In this document: positions 1 to 11,678 of the stretch, in pieces
Numbering within the stretch: the first letter of the stretch is position 1
Layout of the letters: the number at the start of each line of letters is the position of its first letter
Assembly (NCBI GenBank): GCA_004022145.1
Contig: RCNU01000008.1
Reading direction: 5' to 3' (one strand)
From: Paecilomyces variotii
Taxonomy: Eukaryota
DNA length: 64,000 bases
Program-made: the position numbers and the translations under genes
Notes under the pieces: model-generated
What the model saw: the letters and a program-made list of their open reading frames with translations, nothing else
Told to the model about the DNA's origin: nothing
Database searches by the model: none

Positions 1-1489
1 TCTTTGTTCTCATCAAGGTACCCCCCTCTCCAAAGGGTGGAGGAGGGGAGATAACAACATGAGACGCACGCGGTGCATCCATCCCTCACATACTTCCTCT
101 CCTTCCCGAAATTGCAGTAGGTAGTACAAAGGCATTGAAAATGGGTCCGAACAGGGGATGGGGAACAGTGATTTTGCAAACATCGACGACGTCAGCACTT
201 TACATGATTATTGCCTATCCAGGAAATAAGTCTATAACAAAGAGCCCAGCTGTGCAATTCAATAGGCATCTAATGGGTCTCCATAGGAGCTTCCGGGAGA
301 CAATAATAATTTGTCACTGTTTCCAGGAACTATGAGGGCGTTACTTAGTTAGCGCTGCGGAGTTTTGTCTATGAATCAAGGGAGGAGATGGCCGTTTGCG
401 GAAGTTGAAGGTTATACAATTTACAACTAAAACGAGATTTGATTGGTTCCCTCTCGTTCTTTCTCCCTAGCATTTTTTTGGTTGCTACTCGGGTTAACTT
501 ACCATAACTTACTCCCAAGGCTTGAAAGAAAGGAAGGACAAAGATAACAGCATCGCACTACGCGAATCCTGGAAAAAGCCTCAACTGATCAAACTTCGAT
601 GACGAATGGCTCAATATTGTTACTGTAGATCTTCTTTATTCATTATTAGAGGTACCTTTGATGTTCCCACTCTTAACTTCCAGGAACCTGTATCTCAGCA
701 GTGCAAAGCAAGGTGAAGTGCCTGGTTGAGGGTTCATGGCAACAACATACTGGGGCGAACTTTAAATGCACAAACTTCGCTCTCATGCTCTTTGAGTTAC
801 TCCCAGGACCCGATCCACTGATCTTAATCCGGCATTTTACTAGGTACCAAAACTCTCTGGATCCTTTCACCGGTTCCGGCTGCCAACACGAGCACAAAGC
901 GATGATTCCAGGCACTGTGTCCATAATTTCTTCTATGGGCGCGGTATTTATCCTGGTTATGAATTACTAAATGCATCCAGCTGCTGCTCAAAATAGGTCA
1001 TGGGATCTCGAGTTATGCCTTCACTTCGGGTTCTGTGTGGTTCGCTTCGACACTGACACAAGCGAAGGTCTCGCCATATAAGTAATATGGCGCATCGACT
1101 CAGGAAGGCGTGATGATTCGAGATCAGGGAAGGAATGTTAAAATTATCGAGACTCCACGCTGTTCAGACTAGGCTCATGACGTAGGAAATAATAATAGTG
1201 CTGGGCCTGTCGTGTCTGCAAGTTATACTGCTGAGGTAGGTACCCTTATACCACAGTGGTCGAAAAAGCATACGTCGAGTCCTCTCGATGTTCAAAAATA
1301 ACTGCAAATTGGTATTCGGTTCAAATCACGTAAACAATTCATGGGAATGGCAATTATCATATACTCCAGGCACCGAACTGAAAACGCAGTATGCTGCATG
1401 CCACCATCCCGTAAGACCGGCCATTCCCAGGATAACAAATCAACCAACTCCATAATGCAAGTAGGGCAAAGAATTGCGAAAGGTTCAGA

Positions 1490-4400
1490 TCAGAAAACTC
1501 TCCCAGCGAGTTCATGCACGGCTTTTCTCCAAACGCCTTTCCCGAATTCTAGACCAGATTTATTCCCCTGGGTCTCTTTGCGAAGGATATCTTTCATTTG
1601 ATTCTCCGAAACTCCGCTCTGGTCTCCAGAGCCAAACCCATAAACTTTACTTCCGAGCGCTTCGATCTCCAGTCTGAGAGGGCCAATGTCCCCGGGATTG
1701 ACGGTGCCGTCGTCTACAACACGCATTCTAACATTGAAATCCACGTCGACCCGGCTCTTTCTCGGCATCGCAGTTGAGGGAGCGTCACCCAAAATCGTGC
1801 ATCTGGCCCTTAACAGAGAGTCGATCTCATCCTTCGTGAGCCTCAACTTGGTGACACCGCAGAATTCGAGTTGGCGGATTTCCTCCTCAACGGTAAGTGC
1901 TAGATCCCATGCCTCTGAAATAAAACTCAAGAGCTTTTGCGGAGTCAAGGAGGACTGGTCTATAGTCATCAGGTGTTTCCTCAGAGCATGTAAGGCTAGG
2001 GTCTTTGTGGGCGACAGCTCAGAAGTATGACCAGTGACTCCTCCCTTGTTGGGCCGATAGAGTAGATCAACTGGAGTCTTCGTCTTTGTGCTAGCCGTAC
2101 GCTGAGGGTTCTTTGGCGGCCTCGGAACTCGGAACGAACCCGGGTGGAACAAGACCTGGAGCTCGCTTCGATAGCACATTGTCAACATGGGTCCCGCAGG
2201 GCAGTCAGGTGAAGGTGTAGCGGAGATGATCGACCAGCCGGTCTTGACCTCAAGGTCATGGACAGAAGCTATTGTAGCAGTCAGCAACGTAATTCCAAAT
2301 TGAATGTCCTTGGAAACTGACCCTTTAGCGCATTGACTTCCTTCACGCTCCACCCACGGCATTCTTCCTTGGTTCTCTCTGCTTGACGTATCTGGTCCAT
2401 GAACTCTGCCTTGAGCTCTGCACCAGCCTCAATTGTGTCAGTCTTGTCCCGAAGCTCCTCTTGCATTTCCTCGAGCCGCTTCCTTTTCTCCACGAGCTCA
2501 GCTTCGATGGTGGACAGTTTCTTCCGTGCGCTGCGCAATTCATCCTGGTCACAATTATCCATCTCCTCGGCTATCTCCTGGAGCTTCGTCGCCTCTGATT
2601 GGAGGACCGAGTGTTTCTCAACAAGACCGGGAACGACGCTATTCAGAAGTTTCTCTTGTTTCTGAAGAACAATATCATCGGCATTCATTTCCTGGACGTG
2701 CCTGTCCAGTCCTTCTTTCAGGCCTTCAAGCAGTTTCATACGCCATTCATACCACATCGCCTTGCTAAGGAGCCTTGCATGTGTTTTGACATTGCGGAAC
2801 TGGTTATCCATCAACAAGCGGATGTCAGGAGGAGCAGTCACGTATTCACGGAACAAGGGTGGGTTTTCGGCGTAGGTTTCAGCTTCTATAGAGCGGATGA
2901 TCTGCCTTCCCTCGGAGATATATGATTTCAACTCGCGGCAAGACTAGCAGAGGGTTAGTGTATGCGTTCGGTCTCGAGCAGAGTGAGACTTACGTGTTGA
3001 TATAGCTCGAGCATTGGTATTGTGCAGAACCCAGCTGCTACACAATCCTCAAGGCTGGTACTCCCGTCTCCAGAATCACTCTTTCCAGTACCCTTCGAAT
3101 TATCCTTATCACTTCCTGGGGCGATAGTGTGGCGACGCTTGGTTGTAGTGAGTTCCATGAAATGTATGTTTGTCATATTGAGGAAGTCTTGGAGTTGAAT
3201 CGGTTCAAACTCCGGTTCCATGGCATCGTCATCATTCTCATCCACCCCAATCTGCTGCTCAGACTCAGAAGGTCCTCTCCTGCCAGATAAGGATTCTGTT
3301 ACATCTTTGAATCGTGGGTCATCCTTGGGCGTGGTGCTATTCTTCGCTGGGGAGAAATCGCCGATCTTGGGGGTAGAAGAACGGAGAGTCTCATCCTTGG
3401 TCGGCGGTGCAGGAAGTCTGACATTCTTTACTGGACTAGCCTCACGGCCTCTCGTCCGCTTAGGCGAGTTATCTTCTTCCTCGGACTCATCCAGCTCGAC
3501 CGGACGCTTGCCAAGTAAACCTCTTGCGGCTCCAACGTGCAAGCTCTTCCGTCCACCAATTTTGTTCTTCTTTGGTGTAAGACTCGAAATCATATCTTTT
3601 AAACTCGTAGTCGTATCCCGCTCACTTGTTTGAGTCAGAGAAATATGGCCGTCCTCCCGATACTCCTCTTCCTCGCGTTCACGGTCAACTTCTTCTTGCA
3701 GTCTTACAGGGTCGTCGAAACGGACACCTCTCGCCGGTTGTTCGTTTGGAATGAACTGCGGCGTATTCTCCCCAATGGATCGACGTTTATCTAGCATCTC
3801 CGCAACTCGAGGGGAGCCCAGGCCTTCTCTGTCAATGCCTAGGCCAGAGGAGCGTCTTTCACGTGGCTTTAACACAAACGCAGGTGTCGTCTGTCCGGTC
3901 TTCGTGTCACGCTCAAAGAGGCTTTTGCGGCGGGGAGACTCTACCTTGTTTGCAGGAGATCGAAGCTCAGGTTGGAATAGTTTCTTGGGCGATGCGCTTC
4001 GCCAAGCGACATTGGCAGATGGCGGCGTCTTCGAAGGGGTGGTAGGTCGAAGAGGGGGCTGGGGAGTGAGCTGCTTCGACGGTGTTGCAACCTTTTTCAC
4101 TGGTGTCGTCTGCGGTGAATGTGAGATGGACGTTGTCGACGCCCGCCGTCCTATGCTTGCCCTAGTCGGTCGAGATCTCACGCTGGCTAAGCTAGGGCTT
4201 CCACTCTCCGAGGCAACAGGAGCAACATGATGAGAGATGAATTTGGGTGGAGAAACAGGTGGGCGTTCCTGGAATGGTGAACTGCCCGGCTGCCCAGCAT
4301 CGATCCCCGTCCCTATCGACGTCTTTGCCCCTTCCTGACCGCTCTGTTCGAAGGTAGGATAGATCCTGCCCGTCGTTGTAGTCAAATCCATAGCTGCAGT

Positions 4401-6203
4401 ATAATCATCCTCGGGCTCGCTCTGCCTTTTAGTCTGCGGGAGAATTCCACCAACAGCGCCTGTAATTTCCATCTCCATGCCATTTTCGTCTTCCCCGTCA
4501 CCCGGGTCAGAAAAGCTGCGGCTATCGAGTTCGGGACGGTTATCTAACCGTGGATAGAGATCCTCATCTCGGGGCTGGAAGTTGGATGGTCCCTTATTCA
4601 GTACGCCACCAACGACGGACGTAAATTCCATGGTCATCTCCTCGTCTTCATCCATATCGCTTCCAGCACCTGTGGATTTCGCTGGGGATGCTGGCTGTGC
4701 AATGCCCCCGACGACATTTGTGAATTCCATCGTCTGATCATCGTAGTTTGTCTCTTGTCCAGATGACTTGCGCCGAACACTCTGGCGACGGCCCGTATGC
4801 TTTGCCAATATGCGACCAACTGCGTTTGTGATATCCATGCTTAGATCCTCGTCGTCGTTATCCTCGCCGTCGCTAGCTGTAGGCTGAGTGTCGTGACTTT
4901 CTGTTGGCTGCCCGAATGGGATGTTTTCCTGATCATTCAAGGTGCTAAGGTCTTCCATGTCGAAACTTATCCGTTGGCCTTTCTTTATCCATGGTTGAAA
5001 AGCCCCTGTTATCTCCTGATCTGCTATTTCCATGGAAAGTTCACCGTTTTCATCATAGTCGATACCTCTGGTTCCAGCTTCTTTCGCTGCTTGACGGAGG
5101 GCCGCATCGAGGCGAGCACTCGAACTAGTACTTGAACCGTTGGAGTGCGTTGTCATATTAGACCTCACGGTCGCATCGTCCATGCTCATGGCCGTGCTTT
5201 CGCCGTCAAAGTCATTCTCCGAGTCTGACGAGGCATCGTCCTCCTCAAAGGCACCCTGCGCCGGGATATCCTCACTGCCTGCCGTGGAACTGCCACTGAA
5301 AGGGCTAGAGGACAGATCGTCGGAACGCGCTTCTGGAGAAGCAGGGCCTGCCTCCGCGCCCGACTCCGGACTGGATGGTTCAGAGTGATCAGATGGTTGC
5401 TCGTGACCTTGATTCGTCGAATTCGCCCAGGCAGATGCGCGTCTTGTCGAGTTCGAAGCGGAAGAGGATGTCGAGTCCTCGGCTAATTCAACGACATTCC
5501 ATGTATGCAGGGTAGCTTCAGGAGCGAACGAAACACGGCGGTTTGCCATAGACTTCCGTCGTGCCTCCCTTTGCTCTAGAATCAGCTTCCTTTCGCGTTC
5601 CCTTCTCTCCTTCTCTTCGCGTTCTTGCGCCGCCGCAATATCATCTCGTACAGCCGATGAGGCGTTGAACGCCTCGAATGGGTTAGCAGCGTGGGCGTCT
5701 CCTGAACCAGATCCTCTTGTCGGAGTGGAAAAATCAATCAACAAGCCTTCTGCGCCCTGACGATTTCCTTCATTGCCGTGGTTTCGTTCAGGGCTGCGCG
5801 CCGGTGTTCGTCTGCGTGTCTCCTCAAAAGATGGAATGTTCCGGACAGGCGACACAGGAACAGTTGGCTTTAGAATGGATTTGAGAGGGAAAGCGGCCGT
5901 CGACTAAAAGCAAGCACGACTAAGTCAGATTCCGCGTAGATTATATAGGCGCGCGATAACATTTACCTTGCGCCGATTGCCATTGGAGTCTTGAAGCGCA
6001 TCCAGTCCACCTGGTCCCAGACTTTTGCTCCGTGACTTTTTGTCTTTGACTGGCTGTCTCACATTGCTTCTCTGAGGCTTGAGAGCACTGATATCTGTTG
6101 TGGCATTTTCCTTATCGAGCGTAGAAGCCGTTCTCGACGAAGGTACATGGGCAATGGAGCGACGGGACCGCAGACGGGACGGCCCCTCACCCCGGGAAGC
6201 CAT
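1490..6203 (-). CDS. SPC105: Kinetochore scaffold Spc105/Spc7 (KNL1 family); exons 6203-5967, 5903-2994, 2943-2322, 2268-1490
   Basis: Spliced product has KSILK and RRVSF PP1-docking motifs, MELT-like repeats (MDITN, MEFTN, MEFTS, MEITG, MDLTT) and a C-terminal Spc7-type region (LQDFLNMTNIHF...ELYQHSCREL...WYEWRMKLL plus coiled coil). Three GT-AG introns join four ORF-track ORFs in frame. Confidence 0.93.
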
Positions 6204-6390
6204 GGCGATAAACCCAGAGGATGTTGTTGGGGAATATTCGTATTGTGATCAATATCTGGCAGGATCTCTGAGCACAGCAGTTGACATTCTCATGCCATTG
6301 CAGCCGTGCGTGAGCATGAATCGTCGTCCATATGAAGCTGTAGGCGCGTCTCCTTCTCTACGAGATCCGCCAAGCTTGAGCCTTCCGAAT

Positions 6391-6443
6391 GTAAACAAAC
6401 CAAAAAGCCCTAGCCGAAGGGCGCTACTCCCGATCAGGGTTAG
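6391..6443. promoter_or_regulatory. Shared SPC105/RPS11 divergent promoter with a forkhead site and Tbf1/telobox-like sites
   Basis: GTAAACAAA at 6391-6399; AGCCCTAG at 6406-6413; CAGGGTTAG at 6435-6443; 404 bp between the two ATGs. Confidence 0.45.
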
Positions 6444-6607
6444 TGCGAGCACCGCACACTCCCACACTGAATATCCGACACTTTTATGGCTCCGCACAAA
6501 TCTTTCTCAACATCGACGTCGACCAACGTACTCCGACACTCCCGCCGCGACGAATCCTCACCCAGCTCGACATCATTCCCTCAGTGTCGGACTGAATTCT
6601 CGCGAAA

Positions 6608-7499
6608 ATGGCGACCGAGTTGACCGTCCAGTCGGAACGTGCGTTCCAGAAGCAGCCTCACATCTTCCTCAACGCTAAGACCAAGGCAAAGAGCAAGCGC
6701 GTTGGAAAGGGCCGGAGATGGTACAAGGATGTTGGTCTGGGATTCCGTACTCCCAAGACCGCTATCGAGGGCAGCTACATTGGTATGGACGACCTACAAC
6801 AACTCTTGGTGGGAGTGCCGATCGCATCTGCAGATGGCAGGGTGGACGTTGGGATTTAAGACACTGAGCGCCGTGGGACATCGAAAAACCAGATCATCAT
6901 GAGAAGCGGGCATTTTCTCTTCGAATTGGATGACTCCTGAATTTTTCATGCCAGCGTGCACTCTGTTCTAGATTCCTTCGGATACCCACCCCGGCGCAAC
7001 CACTATAAAAAATCGGAGATGGCTAATATCAAACCCAACAGACAAGAAGTGCCCCTTCACTGGTGGTGTCTCTATCCGTGGCCGTATCTTGACCGGTACC
7101 GTCGTTTCCACCAAGATGCACCGTACTCTGATCATCCGTCGCGAGTACCTTCACTACATCCCCAAGTACAACCGTTACGAGAAGCGCCACAAGAACCTGG
7201 CTGCTCACGTCTCCCCTGCCTTCCGTGTTGAGGAGGGTGACCAGGTTACCGTTGGACAGTGCCGTCCCCTGAGCAAGACTGTACGTGAAATCCCACACAT
7301 TTAGACATGCGGAACCCTCGATTTTATTTGCAACGCGAGTTTATGCTCCTGTTCTGAAAATCCGGCTGCTATGCGATTTCATGGGTAACCTCGCCTATAT
7401 ATAAATGCTAATATGCTTCTGATCTAATAGGTCCGCTTCAACGTTCTCCGCGTCCTGCCCCGCACTGGCAAGGCCGTCAAGAAGTTCAGCAAGTTCTAA
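6608..7499 (+). CDS. RPS11: 40S ribosomal protein S11 (uS17); exons 6608-6782, 7042-7280, 7431-7499
   Basis: [16 protein letters not shown]...[10 protein letters not shown]...[15 protein letters not shown]...[15 protein letters not shown]; canonical introns; strong codon bias. Confidence 0.98.
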
Positions 7500-8212
7500 G
7501 CGTCTCGAGCATGGATGACTGGGGGAATAATGATGTCAGGACAAAGTAGGCTGGGATGGCCACATGACTGGATATCCGCCATATGTATTGGCAGTTGGGA
7601 TTTCATATGAACCGGTGTCCCAACTGCCTACTTAGAAATATCCAGAAAAAAAGACTGATACTCCTGTGATGGAATCCGAGCAGCATATGGGGGATAGGAA
7701 ATCAACGCGCATGAGGATCTGGGAACGGAGTTTTTCACGATGCCGCATCTGGTTTATTCCATACACTTTGGCTCTCTGAGCTGCTGTCAAGTACACACAA
7801 GGAGGAATCCAATATTTTTCTTTTTGTCGCTGTACTACTGTTTGGACTACACACATAACAGCATATGACTAACTGACAAGACACGAAACGTCCACTCAAG
7901 CCTCAGTAGGTTTGGCACAACAGAACAGACATGTTTTTCGACAGAATGCCGACCATCCTCAGTGTATCTTTGCAACCTCCAGAAATGGTATCAACGCGAG
8001 CCCGTGTAATATGCCGTTTCTGTTCATAGCCCATACAACTTTCAACCATGTCCCAAACTCCAGCGCATACTGACGAATCACAGTGGCATTTTCGATTTCC
8101 CATCATTATTCAACTATAACCCATACCCGTACCGATGCCTTGTTTCTCAAATTGGAAAAGACTAGGACTGCACAATGTCTTGCCTGTAAAGACCATGTCT
8201 TCGTAGGCAATA

Positions 8213-10549
8213 TCAATGATACCCCATGATGCTGTTGATGTGCGCTCGCTCTTGCGCGAATTGATCTCTCTGTAGTCCTCGGAGCCCAGGAGCGCTGTTG
8301 ACCATCACCGGAAGCTGCATTGGATACTCTACCGTGACATCTGCCATAACAGTATCAGCGTCACTATCGTCAGCGTCGTATCCAGTCTGCTGACCATCCT
8401 CGACATCATAATTCTTCTTCTCGTTATCATCGTCATCGTCGTCGAAGACGACAATCGCAGACTCCCTCGATTGACCCGGGCTTGGATGACGACTGCTGGA
8501 CAGCCCGGTCTGCTCCGCAAGAGGTGACCAAGCGCGAGTTGTTGGGTTGAAAACTTCGACACGAAGTCCATTTTGCTGCCCTTGGTCAGGATTCCAGGTC
8601 CCAGTAGAGCTGTCGAAGAACTTCATAACCGGGCTGGACAGCTTCGGCGTGGGGAGCTGGAAAGGAGACAAGTCACCCTCTGCAACGGCAACGTTCAGCT
8701 GTCTTCTAGTTCTTGAACTACGAGGACTTGGGCATGGGGTTGTAATGACATTGTCATCATCGTCCTCTGATGTGTCTCCTTCTCTGGTCAAATCATTCTC
8801 TTCCTTGTCGCTCTCGGTATCAGAGCTCTCGGGGACCAGGACGACCTCTGGCGATACCCGATCACCCAGGGGATAAACTGTAGGACCCGGAAGTGACTGT
8901 GCATAAGCCGCTTCGATACCTGCAATGTAGTCAGGCATTGAACCTTCTTTTGGGAACAACCAGGCCTCAGCGACCAATATAGCAAGGTCAATAGCTAGAC
9001 TAGGCGGGACTTTCACAATCCTTAGACAACGTCCAACTATCGAACCGCATTCCTTGTTGAGACGTCCTGGTCCTTTTTTGATGAGTTCCTCGAGATATTT
9101 TCCGCATCTCTTCATGCGTGCAATCCCGTCCAGCTGCAATAGCCGTGCTATATCTGAGTGCCGCTCAGCGATTTGTTGCAGAGCTGAGATCTTAAAAATT
9201 GTGACGATTGCTTCTTCGGGGATTGATCCCCAAATCAAGTACTCTGCCCTCCCAGTGTACTTACGACCTATCCGCAGGCCCTTTTCCTTTATCAGGTCAG
9301 ATGCTGAATAGATGGGTTGACGGATGTGTTTGGTGTCGATGACCGCCAGTGATGCACCTTCTTTCCGTCTGAGTGCTCTGTGGACAGGGGCCAGAAGATC
9401 GGAAAAAGTGCTGATGAACGGTGTCGTGATGTACCGCCAGTGAACGTGGTTTTGAAACATCCGATCAAACTCATCGAATGAATACTGTGTCACTGGCACA
9501 ATTCGACGTTCACCCTCCATAAACAGACCAGCCACAAAGCCCTTCCGCGAATTCCAGCCCTGACTGTCGACATTATAGTACCTGTAGAGTACCTTTGGTA
9601 TCTCTAGGGTTGCGGAAGGAGTTGCAGATGGCGTACTTGCTGGCAACACAGCTTGATCGAGAATCGTCTCAAGAGGAGAAGACGGTTCTGATTGTGACAC
9701 AGGGTCGAAGGTTCCGCTGCCTTCTTTGAAGCAGAACATGCATATCTTTCCCCCAGCAGTACACAGCGGTTCTATTCCGGGAGCTGACGGACACGGTTCG
9801 GGCTGCTCCGTTTCATTCGGCAGTTCCGAAGTGCTGTGGGCTTCATCGTCATTCTGGTGCTGAGTTTGTTGGTTCTTATCTTGTCCGTTACCTCGGGAGG
9901 TCGCCTCCCCGTCTTTTGCCTTCAATGATTGCCTGACCGGCGAGCTGGACTCCATTCTGGAAGCGTTCGACTGTCGGGTTCCTCCGCGGGACGACGATGA
10001 TCGATAGGACATTGAGGAGGACTGCAGTGCTGTCTGTCTCGCTCTTGGCTCCTTGACGCGGTATCCAAAGCGGTCATTACCGGGGTGAACAGGCTCTTCA
10101 ACGATTGGTATGTCTAGATCGCGGGCCGTATCCTTGATCGTCTGCAGGATCTCACCCCAATGTTCATATCTTGCGTCAAACTGAGTCTTGACGTGGATGT
10201 CTGACCATATTTGGGATCCTTTAGCTCTGAGGTCATGCCATTGAGTATTCAATGTGGTCCATCTTGGTCCGTTCCCTTTCTTGAAGCCGCATGCTTGTAG
10301 CTGCTCGCCGAATACTACATTGAAAATGCGCTCTATTTGAGTTCCGCTCATGGCGAAAAAGGCACAGCAGCAACACAGCAGTTGTCTCTGTTCTGTCGTC
10401 CATTTAACTCTTGGGCCTTTCCCCGGTAGAGTCTCCTCTGGACCTGTTCCATCTTCCAGAAGCTCAGTAGGATTAGTTGTCGAACGCACCGGCACTTCTT
10501 CCCGGGAAGATACCATCCGACTGAGTTGTTGTAGAAAAGAAGATGCCAT
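8213..10549 (-). CDS. 778-aa hypothetical protein with an N-terminal helical (Myb/HTH-like) region and a central ADP-ribosyltransferase-like R-S-E domain
   Basis: Single long ORF; motifs LYRYYN, PFISTF and AEYLIWG in ART order; acidic low-complexity C-terminus. Confidence 0.75.
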   Translation of the reverse strand: MASSFLQQLSRMVSSREEVPVRSTTNPTELLEDGTGPEETLPGKGPRVKWTTEQRQLLCCCCAFFAMSGTQIERIFNVVFGEQLQACGFKKGNGPRWTTLNTQWHDLRAKGSQIWSDIHVKTQFDARYEHWGEILQTIKDTARDLDIPIVEEPVHPGNDRFGYRVKEPRARQTALQSSSMSYRSSSSRGGTRQSNASRMESSSPVRQSLKAKDGEATSRGNGQDKNQQTQHQNDDEAHSTSELPNETEQPEPCPSAPGIEPLCTAGGKICMFCFKEGSGTFDPVSQSEPSSPLETILDQAVLPASTPSATPSATLEIPKVLYRYYNVDSQGWNSRKGFVAGLFMEGERRIVPVTQYSFDEFDRMFQNHVHWRYITTPFISTFSDLLAPVHRALRRKEGASLAVIDTKHIRQPIYSASDLIKEKGLRIGRKYTGRAEYLIWGSIPEEAIVTIFKISALQQIAERHSDIARLLQLDGIARMKRCGKYLEELIKKGPGRLNKECGSIVGRCLRIVKVPPSLAIDLAILVAEAWLFPKEGSMPDYIAGIEAAYAQSLPGPTVYPLGDRVSPEVVLVPESSDTESDKEENDLTREGDTSEDDDDNVITTPCPSPRSSRTRRQLNVAVAEGDLSPFQLPTPKLSSPVMKFFDSSTGTWNPDQGQQNGLRVEVFNPTTRAWSPLAEQTGLSSSRHPSPGQSRESAIVVFDDDDDDNEKKNYDVEDGQQTGYDADDSDADTVMADVTVEYPMQLPVMVNSAPGLRGLQRDQFAQERAHINSIMGYH

Positions 10550-11678
10550 GACTTGTATTTTGAAAAGAACTAGAAACTGTGTTCAACGGAAGCTGTGAAG
10601 CAGAATCATTTGTATGGAAGTCCAATGAGATGATGGTACTGGAGTGCTGGTAGACTTGAGATGAAAGGAAGATGAAGTAGAAAGTGAGGTGACTTGGGAG
10701 ATGAGGTGAAAGCTGGCTCGAAGTGTTACATCGAGCAACACAGGAATCTTTCATCTCAAAATCCCCTTTGTGTTCCTTCGAAGGCTCTCGGAGACGACTG
10801 CATAAGTAAAATATATAGTTATGTGATAATCTTCTTATTCAATATAATCAAATTTATTGAACTCATGCCAACACTGTATATCATCCGACCACCATAAGGA
10901 CTCATCCCGGCTTTACTCATGTTGATTGCAAAGACAAGGGAATTTAGAAGGAAGTGATGTATGTTCTATATTGAATCCGGCTGGCTGGCTGTCCTTGCTG
11001 TGAGTTTTCCGTGGCTGCTGTGGGACACGACTAAGATACCAGCGACATGTGCATAAGGAAAGATTGAGAAATATGCCAGCATGCTAACAAGTAATGTCCT
11101 CTTCTTTCATTATCTAGATCAGATACCACGGTGAATGATCTACCCTTGTTTGATATACTCGAGATCCCTCTGCAGCTGGGACGTTGCGCGCCAAGCCCTT
11201 GCGTCACGGCGCTTAGACCAACCTCGTGCCAGAAGCAGCCCGCGCGATCACTCTACCTTAGGTATGGAGCTCCACCGGGGGGAACAGTAACAAACGGCTT
11301 ACCATCGACAGCTCTCTATCCCCTCCACGTCAAGGGCACCTGTTTCACTGTCTTCCCATCCTACCGCATTGCGGCAGCATCCCAGCGGTCCTCTGGGGGA
11401 TCCTCAGGGACATTCACGAGACGATCGGCCTCCACGACTTGGACACTGTCTTACGACCACGGTACGGGACCACAGTCACCGACTTTCCAGCATGGCTATC
11501 TGAGCCATGATGAATGCTGCAGCCGATACCACCGCATGAAAACGGTCCTGGGAAAGACTACATTCTAATTGAGCGCCCGCGATACGAATTGCTGCACCCA
11601 CTGGTGGCTTTCAGACGCACACCAGATCATACGAACTCGTGCTACCTTTTTGTGTATACACCCTTCCAGGTGTGAACG

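Noticed and set aside
1-1400. Short ORFs and a possible GTATGT donor near the window start
   Set aside because: No recognisable protein; a gene may continue off the left edge but cannot be supported.
6783-7430. Long RPS11 introns as snoRNA hosts
   Set aside because: No convincing C/D box pair with terminal stem or H/ACA layout seen; long introns are common in RP genes.
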